DNA from: Calditrichaceae bacterium
GTDB taxonomy: Bacteria; Calditrichota; Calditrichia; Calditrichales; JBFXGD01
Length of the DNA stretch: 39,145 nt
NCBI GenBank assembly: GCA_050178385.1
Contig: JBFXGD010000015.1
Span: 1-39,145 of the forward strand
Direction of reading: 5' to 3'
In this document: piece after piece, positions 30,193-39,145 of the stretch
Layout of the letters: each line of letters opens with the position of its first letter
Numbering within the stretch: the first letter of the stretch is position 1
Notes under the pieces: generated by a model
The model's input: only the letters and a program-made list of their open reading frames with translations
The model's database searches: none
Told to the model about the DNA's origin: nothing
Program-made: the position numbers and the translations under genes

Positions 30193-31242
30193 ATGGCATA
30201 CAGAATAGCTGTGGATGCGATGGGTGGCGATCACGCGCCGGAGGAAATTGTAAAGGGCGTGATTAACGCGATGGAGTCAGATAAGTCTATCGAGGCAATA
30301 CTGGTTGGTGATGAAGACGCGATTAAAAAAGAATTAGACAAGTATCAGGCGAAAAAAGAAATTGAGATCGTACATACGGATCAATGGGTCGAGATGGATG
30401 AATCCCCTAAAAAGGCTCTTGAAAGCAAGCCGCGAGCCAGTATCAATCTGGCCGCGCGACTGGTAAATGATAATCTCGCGGACGCGTTACTGAGCGCCGG
30501 CAACACCGGCGCGACCGTCCTGGCGGCCGCGCAGAACCTCCCAATCATACCGGGGATAGAACGCACCGCGCTGGCGGCTATTTATCCGACCGCTAAATTT
30601 GTGAAAGGCAGTCACGGATTCGCCCTGATGCTGGATGTTGGGGCTACCATTAAATGCACGCCAAAGCAGTTGGTGCATTTCGCGTTTATGGGAAATTATT
30701 ATGTCTCTCATATTCTAGGCATTCCGCAGCCGAGAGTGGCATTGCTGAATATCGGCGAAGAGGCGACAAAAGGTGGAGAGGTACTGACAAAAACCTATGA
30801 ATATCTCCAGGCCGCGGAAGGTATCCATTTTATTGGAAATGTTGAAGGCAAGGATATTCCAAAAGGCGCCGCGGATGTAATCGTAACAGAGGGTTTTGTC
30901 GGTAATGTGGTCCTCAAATTACTTGAGGGCGTTGCAGATGTTGTCAAAGAAACCGGGAAATACGCGTTCAACAAAAAACTGACCTGGAAGCTCGGAATGG
31001 TGATGCTTTCGCAAGGTGTAAAGAGGCTTAAAGTTAAAACGGACTATTCAGAGTATGGCGGAGCACCTGTTCTTGGATTCAAAAAACTTGTGATAAAATC
31101 ACACGGACGGTCAAACTCAAAGGCTATTTCAAACGCCATGCAGGTGGCTGTACGTTCGGTAAAAGAAGATGTGTGCGCCCATATAGGAGAATCGATAGCG
31201 GAATTTAATTCCAGGCATCGATTGGACTTTATCGAAATATAG
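30193..31242 (+). CDS. plsX: Phosphate acyltransferase PlsX
   Basis: IAVDAMGGDHAP, SAGNTGA, LDVGA, LLNIGEE..KG, FIGNVEG, GFVGNVVLK, YGGAPVLG, KSHGRS. Confidence 0.95.
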   Translation: MAYRIAVDAMGGDHAPEEIVKGVINAMESDKSIEAILVGDEDAIKKELDKYQAKKEIEIVHTDQWVEMDESPKKALESKPRASINLAARLVNDNLADALLSAGNTGATVLAAAQNLPIIPGIERTALAAIYPTAKFVKGSHGFALMLDVGATIKCTPKQLVHFAFMGNYYVSHILGIPQPRVALLNIGEEATKGGEVLTKTYEYLQAAEGIHFIGNVEGKDIPKGAADVIVTEGFVGNVVLKLLEGVADVVKETGKYAFNKKLTWKLGMVMLSQGVKRLKVKTDYSEYGGAPVLGFKKLVIKSHGRSNSKAISNAMQVAVRSVKEDVCAHIGESIAEFNSRHRLDFIEI

Positions 31243-31253
31243 TGAGATTGCGG

Positions 31254-31287
31254 AACGGGTACCTTTCATAAAGTGCCCGTTTTTTTT
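31254..31287 (+). terminator. Intrinsic terminator after plsX
   Basis: AACGGGTAC...GTGCCCGTT stem followed by a T-run. Confidence 0.75.
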
Positions 31288-32020
31288 ATCTGATCTGACG
31301 CCCGCCGTCCACAGGAATAACCGTCCCCGTAATATAATCCGATCCTTCAATTAAAAATCGTACTGTCCTGGCGATATCCGCAGCTGAACCTTCCCTTTTT
31401 AGAAGCGTCTGATCAAGCGCTTTTTTCCGTTCCGCCTGAGACATTTCTTTGGGAATCATCACCGGACCGGGATTAACACAATTAACCTGAATATATGGAG
31501 CCAGAGCTTTCGCGAGCCCGATAGTCATGGCAATAATTCCTGCTTTGCTTATGGAGTAGGGAAGGTACGAAGGCCATGGGGAAAGAGCGCCGGCATCGCC
31601 AATATTTATAATCTTTCCCGAACGCTGTTTAAGCATCTCGTTGCCGGCGGCCTGAGCAAGGAAAAAGGCGCTTTTAAGATTCAGGCTATGAAAGGTATCC
31701 CAGTCTTTCTCTGTGATCTTTCCAAATTGGGTCTTATAAAAAACCGCGGAATTATTGATGAGAATATCAATGCGGCCGAATTTCCTGATTACCTCAGCAA
31801 TTAATTCATCATGTACGCCGGAAGCGGAAAGATCGCATTTGTGAATATGAATTTTACCACCTGAGGTCAGAATTTCTTCCTGAAGGCTGACAGCGTCTTC
31901 ACGACTTGAATTGTAATGACAAAATATATTCGCTCCCGCTGATGAGAGTTCTTTTGAAATGGCGCGGCCGATACGGATTGCTCCGCCGGTAATGATGACT
32001 GTTTTTTTTGATAAATCCAC
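31286..32020 (-). CDS. SDR of the pteridine reductase (FolM/PTR1-like) subfamily
   Basis: TGGAIRIG (Arg in the Gly-rich loop), HYNSS, NNSAVF, NIGD, YSISK. Confidence 0.75.
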   Translation of the reverse strand: MDLSKKTVIITGGAIRIGRAISKELSSAGANIFCHYNSSREDAVSLQEEILTSGGKIHIHKCDLSASGVHDELIAEVIRKFGRIDILINNSAVFYKTQFGKITEKDWDTFHSLNLKSAFFLAQAAGNEMLKQRSGKIINIGDAGALSPWPSYLPYSISKAGIIAMTIGLAKALAPYIQVNCVNPGPVMIPKEMSQAERKKALDQTLLKREGSAADIARTVRFLIEGSDYITGTVIPVDGGRQIR

Positions 32021-32078
32021 ATTGACTCCGGGATTTAGACTGAAAGTGATAATTTAAAAGAATGGCCCGTGGTGATTT

Positions 32079-32711
32079 TCAGAGATAATCCTGATTCAGA
32101 AAAGGATTATGTTCTTTTTCGTAACCAATGGTTGTGGTCGGCCCGTGTCCCGGATACACAATCGTACTATCCGGCAGCGTGAACAGGCGTTTTTTGATCG
32201 AATCAATGAGCTGATTATAATTGCCGCCATAAAGATCCGTACGGCCGATCGAGTCTTTGAATAATACATCCCCCACGAAGGCATGCCCGTCAAAAAGCAG
32301 ACAAATGCTGCCGGGGCTGTGTCCGGGGGTTTGTAAAATTTTAAACGCACCGGCTCCGACGCTGAATTTATCACCATCCTTGACAAAGCGGATATTTTCG
32401 GGGACCGGAGAAACATCAATACCGAACATCATGCTCTGTCTTGGAAGTGATTCCAGCAGCGGCAGATCATCCTCACATAAGTGTATCGGAATATTATATT
32501 TGTTCTGGACATCATTTAGCCGGCGGACATGATCTATATGAGAATGTGTATTAAATATATATACGGGGTTTAATTTGTTTTGACTTATAAAATCAAAAAT
32601 CTGATTTATTTCGTCGCCGGGATCGATCAGAATACAATCCTTGCCGCTATCATCATAGACTACAAAACAATTCATCTCAAAAGGTCCGACGGGAATTCTC
32701 TCAATTTTCAT
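32079..32711 (-). CDS. Metallo-beta-lactamase-fold hydrolase (glyoxalase II / YcbL-like)
   Basis: IDPG, THSHIDH, TPGHSPG, GDVLF..SIGRTDL, PGHGP.TTIG.E...NPF. Confidence 0.92.
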   Translation of the reverse strand: MKIERIPVGPFEMNCFVVYDDSGKDCILIDPGDEINQIFDFISQNKLNPVYIFNTHSHIDHVRRLNDVQNKYNIPIHLCEDDLPLLESLPRQSMMFGIDVSPVPENIRFVKDGDKFSVGAGAFKILQTPGHSPGSICLLFDGHAFVGDVLFKDSIGRTDLYGGNYNQLIDSIKKRLFTLPDSTIVYPGHGPTTTIGYEKEHNPFLNQDYL

Positions 32712-32850
32712 TTTTGCCTCTAAAATTAGACAACCAATGAGAAATATATTAAACAGAAAGCTTAAAAAAAATATTTCAAGCGCTTATTGTTATAAGTTTA
32801 AGAAATTTTATATACAAAATCACCATTTTTAGGAGAGAAAGCCAGTCTGG

Positions 32851-33690
32851 TTAAAATATTTTATACCAGACATTCATACTTTCGATGCTTCCCGAGATAT
32901 CGGTGTTGTTAATTAATGTCCCGGCGAATTGATAACCCATTCTTGAAAAAGTAATATTCATACCCGGTGAAACAGCTCTTGCTATGGTGTAAAAAGTCCG
33001 GATTTTTCTTTTAACCATTTCCGCTTCCATTTCTCTCAAAAGCAGTAACGACAAACTCTTTCCTCTGTATTCAGGAAGTGTGGCGAAGTCCGTCATTTCA
33101 ACATTCCCGGATATCAGATCCATTTCAGCTGATGAGGCGGCAACTAATTTTTCGCCATCAAACGCGCCGAAGTAAACGATGCTCTCATCCATGGTTTTAA
33201 TTATATACTCACTGTTATGAATCGGAAAAGGGTAAGATTCGAAAACGATATCATATAGATTTATTAAATGCCCCGCGTCATTTTTATCGAGTATTCTCAG
33301 TTTATATCCATGATCATGCGCGATGGTGACCGGTTGATTCTGTTTTGATATTGCAAGATGGATGATGTTTTTTATCTGATTTTTCTCGTTTTGTTCTATA
33401 TTAGCGCGATCAGAATCCAGAAATTTTGAGACAAAATATACGTCTGCCTCATCACCATAGAATTTCGGGATTGACGCCCGTTCCTGATAACCCTGGCGAA
33501 TAAAAGTTTTGCGGGCCCATTCCGGGATTTTTGCAAATATTTTTGTGTATTTTTTCTCCCTTGCGATGTCATCCAGCTTATTTAATATCTGAGGAAAATC
33601 GCTCTCCGCGAGTTTCATCAGGTAAATACGATTATTCTGATTCCCATGCTGAATTAAAGATTGACCGAGGGTTTCGACTTTGTCAAACAT
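32851..33690 (-). CDS. ablB: Beta-lysine N6-acetyltransferase (GNAT)
   Basis: N.RIYLMK, YTKIFAK, VFESYPFPI, EMTDFATLPEYRG, TIARA.S.GMN..F, GTLINNT.I.G.IESMNVWYK; in an operon with lysine 2,3-aminomutase. Confidence 0.9.
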   Translation of the reverse strand: MFDKVETLGQSLIQHGNQNNRIYLMKLAESDFPQILNKLDDIAREKKYTKIFAKIPEWARKTFIRQGYQERASIPKFYGDEADVYFVSKFLDSDRANIEQNEKNQIKNIIHLAISKQNQPVTIAHDHGYKLRILDKNDAGHLINLYDIVFESYPFPIHNSEYIIKTMDESIVYFGAFDGEKLVAASSAEMDLISGNVEMTDFATLPEYRGKSLSLLLLREMEAEMVKRKIRTFYTIARAVSPGMNITFSRMGYQFAGTLINNTDISGSIESMNVWYKIF

Positions 33691-35113
33691 CTACTTTCCT
33701 TTCGTATATATCTGTTTTTTTGAATACGGTTATGCCGGCGAATACCACCGAGGCAATAAATATACCATAAATGCTGGGATCAAGTCCCAGCGGTAGATCC
33801 ATCTTACTGAATATCAATATAAGTGTTGATCCCCCGCCAAAAATCATGGATAATAATGCAGCGTCGGGACTTCTCTTCTTAAGAAAATACGCGCCGAGAG
33901 TCGGTATGAATAAACCCGCTACCATAAATGAGTAAGCATGGAGTATAATTTCGAGAACTGTTTGAAATGAACTTGCAATAATCAATGTCAGGGCGCCGAT
34001 TATGAGTGTTGTGATTTGCGATAGCCTCATAATGGTCTTGTCAGCAGCTTCAGGGAAGTAGTATTTTTCGATGATGTCATTGACAAAATTGCCGGAGGAA
34101 GCTATAAGGCAACTGTCCGCTGTTGACATAATCGCTGAAAAATAAGCCGCAATGACGATTCCTGTGACACCTATGGGAAGAACATCTCTCAAGAGTAAGG
34201 GCAAGCCCATTTCCGCTTCCACATCCGGAAAAAACAACCGCGAGATCATTCCCAAGAATACTCCGAGGAAAGACATGACGGGATATTCAAGCAATCCGGC
34301 GATGTAGAATGCTTTTTTTGCTTCCCTTTCGGTTCGTACCGCGTAAATTCTCTGATAAAGGGTCATGGCGATAAACCAGATCGGAACAATCGTAAAAAAC
34401 CAGTTCGCAAACTGTACAATACTGATATTCCCGAGTGAGAAAAATTCCGGTGGAAGATTTGCCTGCATGGCTTCCCAACCTCCGGCAGAGATATAGGCAA
34501 AGGGAACGCCAAAAAACATCAGTCCGCCCAGCAGGACGATCCATTGGATGGTGTCAGTGTAAATGACTGCCTTTAATCCCCCAAGAACCGTATAAAACAG
34601 GACAATTCCGGCCATGAGGTACAGTGAGATATTTAGCGGGTCAACCCAGGTGATTCCTGAAAAAACACTTCCTGCCGCCAGTTTAGCGCCGGCTAGAATT
34701 TGCGCGCCGGTGAATCCGAGATAACCGATACCGGAAATAACGGCCGCGACCAGCGCTACACGGTCGTTGTATTTATATCTTAAAAAATCAGGAAATGTGA
34801 ACATACCCATTTTCGAATCGACCGCTTTTATCCTCGGAATAATAAGGATTGCGGCAAGCCACGCCCCTACTAATCCGGTGAATAAGAGCCAGCTTCCTGA
34901 TAGCCCCATGGCAAATCCGAGACCGCCGAGCCCGATAGAAAAACCTCCGCCGACATCGGTGGCGACAATTGATAAACCCACGTGTCCCGCTGATAACGAA
35001 CGCCCGCCAACATAATAGTCTTCTTTGTTTTCATTTTTTCTGTAAAAATGGAAGCCTACATAAAGAATTACTGCAAAATAGATTATAAAAATGATATAAT
35101 CGATAATATGCAT
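33683..35113 (-). CDS. Sodium:solute symporter (SSS/PutP-like)
   Basis: DYYVGGR, YTVLGGLKAVIYTDTIQ, SAIMSTADS; about 13 TM segments; overlaps both ablA and ablB. Confidence 0.92.
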   Translation of the reverse strand: MHIIDYIIFIIYFAVILYVGFHFYRKNENKEDYYVGGRSLSAGHVGLSIVATDVGGGFSIGLGGLGFAMGLSGSWLLFTGLVGAWLAAILIIPRIKAVDSKMGMFTFPDFLRYKYNDRVALVAAVISGIGYLGFTGAQILAGAKLAAGSVFSGITWVDPLNISLYLMAGIVLFYTVLGGLKAVIYTDTIQWIVLLGGLMFFGVPFAYISAGGWEAMQANLPPEFFSLGNISIVQFANWFFTIVPIWFIAMTLYQRIYAVRTEREAKKAFYIAGLLEYPVMSFLGVFLGMISRLFFPDVEAEMGLPLLLRDVLPIGVTGIVIAAYFSAIMSTADSCLIASSGNFVNDIIEKYYFPEAADKTIMRLSQITTLIIGALTLIIASSFQTVLEIILHAYSFMVAGLFIPTLGAYFLKKRSPDAALLSMIFGGGSTLILIFSKMDLPLGLDPSIYGIFIASVVFAGITVFKKTDIYERKVDV

Positions 35114-36432
35114 TACTCATCACCATCATTTCTTCTGTTTATCCGATCATTATTGTCAGGAATCAATGAAATGGTATCTCCGTAATCGGATAACAATTCA
35201 GCAATGCCGGTTGCCTTGTATTCATCGGCGTCTTCAAGATTTAATTGCAGAGAGCAGTTGTCACAGTTCCTGTCACAAAACACCTGTTCGTAAGAATCCG
35301 GTTCTTTGTAAGTTGAGATAACCCCTTCGTAGTTCCGCAGAACGACCTTGTTGGTTGACCAGGAGATCAGATAATTAGGCATAACGGGGATTTTCCCACC
35401 GCCGCCCGGCGCGTCAATCACGTAAGTCGGAACCGCGAAGCCGCTTGTATGGCCAATCAAACTTTCTATAATTTCGATTCCTTTCCCGACCGGTGTCCTG
35501 AAATGGGACAATCCCTCAGAAAGATCGCATTGATAAAGATAGTAAGGCCGGACGCGATTTTGAACCAGCTTATGGACAAGAGATTTCATAATGCGCGGGC
35601 AGTCGTTGACTCCCGCAAGCAAAACGGATTGATTTCCTAAAGGAATTCCGGCATCAGCCAGTTTTCGCAGCGCTTCTTTGGCTGAAGATGTGATTTCTCT
35701 GGGGTGATTGAAGTGTGTGTTGATCCATAACGGATGGTGTTTTTTAAGCATATTAACAAGATCGTCCGTGATACGGTAAGGAAGAACCACCGGCATTCGT
35801 GTTCCGATCCGGATCACTTCCACGTGCGGAATGGCTCGCAATTCCGTCAGCACCCAGTCAAGATAATTATCTGACAGCATTAATGGGTCACCGCCGGAGA
35901 GCAGCACGTCGCGAACCTGAGGGGTTTCTTTGATATAATCTATGCCCATCTGGACAATTCTTTTATTCGGGATAGAATCTACATCGCCGACCTTTCGTTT
36001 TCTGGTGCAGTGTCTGCAGTACATTGAGCATATATTACTGATATGAAAGAGAACACGGTCGGGGTATCGGTGCGTCAAATTTGGCACCGGACTGTCTTTG
36101 TCTTCTGCTAGAGGATCTTTCATATCATGTTCACTGATGACCAGTTCCGAAGAATTAGGGAAAGCCTGTTTATAAACCGGGTCGTTGGCGTAGTCTGTTT
36201 CATCGATCAGGGAAATATAGTAAGGAGGAACAGATAATGGGAACTTTTGCATAGTTTTTTCCAATAATTGTCTGTCTTCTTCCTTAAATTGAATTCCCAG
36301 GGCTCGCTCAAATGTCTGGATATCTTTGATGGCGTGTTTAAGCTGCCACTTCCAGTCCTTCCAGTTGGAGATAGCGGCATTTTCATCAATTCTGTTGGCA
36401 AGATCCTGTTGTCTTTCATTATATATGGACAT
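35113..36432 (-). CDS. ablA: Lysine 2,3-aminomutase (radical SAM, KamA/AblA)
   Basis: [56 protein letters not shown] (PLP Lys), RNYEG, C-terminal Cys cluster. Confidence 0.95.
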   Translation of the reverse strand: MSIYNERQQDLANRIDENAAISNWKDWKWQLKHAIKDIQTFERALGIQFKEEDRQLLEKTMQKFPLSVPPYYISLIDETDYANDPVYKQAFPNSSELVISEHDMKDPLAEDKDSPVPNLTHRYPDRVLFHISNICSMYCRHCTRKRKVGDVDSIPNKRIVQMGIDYIKETPQVRDVLLSGGDPLMLSDNYLDWVLTELRAIPHVEVIRIGTRMPVVLPYRITDDLVNMLKKHHPLWINTHFNHPREITSSAKEALRKLADAGIPLGNQSVLLAGVNDCPRIMKSLVHKLVQNRVRPYYLYQCDLSEGLSHFRTPVGKGIEIIESLIGHTSGFAVPTYVIDAPGGGGKIPVMPNYLISWSTNKVVLRNYEGVISTYKEPDSYEQVFCDRNCDNCSLQLNLEDADEYKATGIAELLSDYGDTISLIPDNNDRINRRNDGDE

Positions 36433-36845
36433 TTTGATTCCTTTTGATTTATAGATACAAATTTCTCAACTTCGCGGTGAAAACAAGAAAATAGATTAAA
36501 CTGACAATGTAATGTTGATTGCCGGCCCGTTGGAAAGATGTTCTGAACTTTGAAGTTTCGAAATAAAGAATATTACGAATTGGGGGAAAATCAGTAAAAA
36601 TAAAAAGTATATATTTTTTTGAATAAATGCAGATGATTTTTTAGATCGAATAATGAAATCATGATTTTATCTGGTTTTGTTTAACATAAACGGTTTGTAA
36701 GATAATACATTAAGCATGGCAATGAAAATTTTTTTGTCCATTAAATAGATTTAAATGTTTATTATTCTATTAGAATATCAAATTGGGAGATTTGGCGCTA
36801 TTTTTCAGTTTAAACAGATAGACAAGTAACTGCAGTTAAAATTTT

Positions 36846-37805
36846 ATGAATAAAAAAATAATGTCTTACTTACTGATTTTTTTTATCGCAGTATTTGCCA
36901 TAATTGTTATTTTTACGGCATGGCTAATTCTTGATGAAAAATTAAGGGATCCGGTAAAAATACTTCAGCGTGATTTTGAGATCAATGAAATCACGGAAGC
37001 CAGTAGATACATGATCCCGATCGGAAACACCGAACGATTTTACAAAGATATGGTGATGACGGCCGGTAACCGGGATACCATCCGGTTCACGATAAGTATG
37101 CCACATCTCATGCCCGAAGAACCATTGCCGCTTATTTTTATCATGGGTGGACTGGAAATAGGCAGAAACAGCCTTAAATACATTCCGGAGCATGGAAACA
37201 ATATTTTAATCGCCTATGAATATCCCTACAGTCCGAAATATTGGTACGACGGTATGGACATAGAACAAATTCCGGTCATCAGAAACGCGGTTATTCAGGC
37301 GCCCGCTCAAATGGCTGCTGTGATCTCCTGGGCTGCAAAACAGACATGGGCCGATCGTGAAAAAATAAATCTTTTGGGATATAGTTTTGGCGCCCTGTTT
37401 GTTCCTGCAGTCCAGCATTTGTCTCAGAATGATGAAATAATAATCCGATCAACCATTCTCGCCTATGGAGGGGCAGATATTTATCGATTATTAAATAATA
37501 ATTTAAAAATAAAACCGGAATGGGTAAAATCAATAACAGCATATTTAGCGTCAAAGGCAATCTGGCCTGTGGAGCCGGCGCTGCATCTGCCGAATCTAAA
37601 GGGAAAGTTTTTGGTTATCAACGGTGATCAGGATCATCAGATTCCGTCAATATCTTCCGAAAAAATGCGGATGTTGACACCCGAGCCCAGGACAATCATA
37701 ACGCTAAACGAAGGACATATGCATCCCGATAAGCCCGAATTGACCGCAAAAATTATAGATATCAGCCGGAAATGGCTGTCGGAAATGAAGACGGTAAATC
37801 CCTGA
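36846..37805 (+). CDS. Membrane-anchored alpha/beta-hydrolase-fold protein
   Basis: N-terminal TM helix; nucleophile elbow GYSFG, NGDQD (Asp), GHM (His). Confidence 0.75.
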   Translation: MNKKIMSYLLIFFIAVFAIIVIFTAWLILDEKLRDPVKILQRDFEINEITEASRYMIPIGNTERFYKDMVMTAGNRDTIRFTISMPHLMPEEPLPLIFIMGGLEIGRNSLKYIPEHGNNILIAYEYPYSPKYWYDGMDIEQIPVIRNAVIQAPAQMAAVISWAAKQTWADREKINLLGYSFGALFVPAVQHLSQNDEIIIRSTILAYGGADIYRLLNNNLKIKPEWVKSITAYLASKAIWPVEPALHLPNLKGKFLVINGDQDHQIPSISSEKMRMLTPEPRTIITLNEGHMHPDKPELTAKIIDISRKWLSEMKTVNP

Positions 37806-37831
37806 TAGTTTATAAGTCTATGTATTCATTG

Positions 37832-38869
37832 TCATAACAGATTCCATTCTGCCGCCATCAAGGTTAGCCCGAATGACAGGGTTAATGAGATCAGCGGAGC
37901 GATAATCCAAATGGTAACGAGTTTTTTTACCGATGTCTGAACGATGACTTTTCTCCATCCGAATTTGGATATCCCCAGACCGATAATGGCGGCAATGTTC
38001 ATTTGAACCAGTGAGGTCGGAATGCCCTTTGTGACGGAAGCCAGCAGGAGCAAAGTGGCCGTAATAAAGGAAACCAGTGAAGCGCCAAGCGGACCGAATT
38101 CAACGATCTGTTTTCCGGTGGTCTCAAGCACGCGGTGTCCGAAAAGCGAACTGCCAATGCCGAAGCAGGGGGCAATCACAAGTGTTGCCGCGATCATGAT
38201 CAGATTAAAGCTGCTGCTTTCCACCGGGATTCCGAGATCGTTTGACATCATCGAAGCAAGAGGACCCGCGGCATTGGCAACATTATTTGAACCTATGGAA
38301 AACGCCACATAGAGGGATGTCAGAATAACCACAAATTTTAATCCCTTATGAGAAGAAATCTGATCAAAATTGATCCATCCCCGGCTTTTTACGGGATTGT
38401 AGATGTATTTACCGATCACATATGTGATGATGAAAGATATGACAGGAAGAATAAACCAGGTTGGGATGATTTCAAAAAAAAGTTTTTCCGTTTGAAGAAT
38501 ATCAAGATAAACGGCCGGACCGACAAGCGCCGCGATTGTTGACTGACTGGTTGACTGGGGGATTTTAAGCAAATTGGCCAGGAGCAGTGACAAGGAGACC
38601 GAAAGCAGAATGATGGTTGTCAGAACCAGTGTCATGCTGTCGGCAGGCAGAATTCCTTTCCCGATGGTCAAAACCACTTTCTTCCCGGCGATCAGCGCGC
38701 CGATGAAAACAAAAATACCAAAGAGCCCGGGTATCATGTCTTTACGGATAAGATTGGCGCCATAGGCAGCAGAGAAAGACGGCGCGGTACCGCTTCCACC
38801 CATATTTATCGCAAGAAACATAGAAATAATAAATGGTATCAGAAGTATGGAGAGCATGGGAGAGAACAT
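37832..38869 (-). CDS. PiT-family anion permease, CysP (sulfate permease)-like signature; start reassigned to ATG 38869 (345 aa)
   Basis: INMGGSGTAP and SIGSNNVANAAGP motifs, P.STSQ, GIPTSLVQ; AAGGA SD upstream of 38869, whereas the track's extra 26 N-terminal residues look non-coding. Confidence 0.85.
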   Translation of the reverse strand: MFSPMLSILLIPFIISMFLAINMGGSGTAPSFSAAYGANLIRKDMIPGLFGIFVFIGALIAGKKVVLTIGKGILPADSMTLVLTTIILLSVSLSLLLANLLKIPQSTSQSTIAALVGPAVYLDILQTEKLFFEIIPTWFILPVISFIITYVIGKYIYNPVKSRGWINFDQISSHKGLKFVVILTSLYVAFSIGSNNVANAAGPLASMMSNDLGIPVESSSFNLIMIAATLVIAPCFGIGSSLFGHRVLETTGKQIVEFGPLGASLVSFITATLLLLASVTKGIPTSLVQMNIAAIIGLGISKFGWRKVIVQTSVKKLVTIWIIAPLISLTLSFGLTLMAAEWNLL

Positions 38870-38969
38870 GTCAGAATTCCTTTGATGAGATGGATGAATT
38901 GAACAGCAATTCGAAAACAACGATCTAAAACAATTCACAATATTCAAGAAACAATCTGATAAATAAGCA

Positions 38970-38985
38970 CTTACCCGAAAGTAAG
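38970..38985 (-). terminator. Small UUCG-loop hairpin right after the dehydrogenase stop (weak terminator or stability element)
   Basis: Minus strand CTTACT-TTCG-GGTAAG; only a weak U-tract. Confidence 0.35.
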
Positions 38986-38986
38986 A

Positions 38987-39145
38987 TCACCAAACCGGAT
39001 TCAGCGCAGCCTTATTTTCAAGAACGGCGATCACATTATTGGCGGCCATGCGAGCCATTTCTGTTCGCGTCTCCGGAGTGGCGCTGCCCACATGCGGCAA
39101 CAATATCACATTATTCAGTTTTAATAAACCGGCGGTGATTTCAGG
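38987..39145 (-). CDS. C-terminus of a D-2-hydroxyacid dehydrogenase (glyoxylate/D-glycerate reductase type); runs off the right edge
   Basis: Manual translation PEITAGLLKLNNVILLPHVGSATPETRTEMARMAANNVIAVLENKAALNPVW*; the PHxGSAT..TR motif is diagnostic. Not in the ORF track. Confidence 0.9.
   Translation of the reverse strand, partial: PEITAGLLKLNNVILLPHVGSATPETRTEMARMAANNVIAVLENKAALNPVW

Noticed and set aside
36433..36845. Possible lysine riboswitch upstream of ablA
   Set aside because: No AGAGGNGC start or other L-box conserved elements and no terminator hairpin seen; the region is simply an AT-rich divergent promoter spacer.
2557..38765. Numerous 60-140 aa ORFs nested in or antisense to the long genes
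   Set aside because: They overlap well-supported conserved genes in other frames and show no motifs or independent RBS; treated as shadow ORFs.
38870..38947. Cys-rich N-terminal extension of the PiT ORF given in the track
   Set aside because: No SD for the upstream start; a good SD precedes ATG 38869, where family-like sequence begins.
1..39145. tRNA/rRNA genes, transposases, integrases, prophage, programmed frameshifts or selenocysteine read-through
   Set aside because: None recognised by eye; all major ORFs appear full length for their families. tRNAscan-SE and Rfam scans would be needed to exclude small RNAs formally.

Overview
Bacterial chromosomal window (moderately AT-rich, dense coding). 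Gene content and order suggest an FCB-superphylum-type organism such as Calditrichota or Ignavibacteriota; this is inference only. Most of it is housekeeping: uppS-membrane protein-folC-rho-rpmE-DUF1385-prfA on the minus strand, lepA-lepB-hemW-TPR-GATase-like-yjbQ on the plus strand, and also recQ, polX, plsX, an FKBP, SDRs and a thioredoxin-NHL protein. Two compatible-solute operons are present: gpgP-gpgS (glucosylglycerate) and ablA-Na+/solute symporter-ablB (N-epsilon-acetyl-beta-lysine). The most unusual part is the first ~930 bp, largely missed by the ORF track. It is a minus-strand unit with a putative promoter, a 72-aa signal-peptide ORF and a tandem ~120-bp repeat that folds into conserved hairpins. 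It also carries a strong excess of CsrA/RsmA-type CANGGANG/ANGGA motifs and at least two paralogous small secreted-peptide genes; one is complete (51 aa, ending TIVPLPPPPRPKP) and the other runs off the window edge. No rRNA, tRNA, CRISPR array or mobile element was seen.
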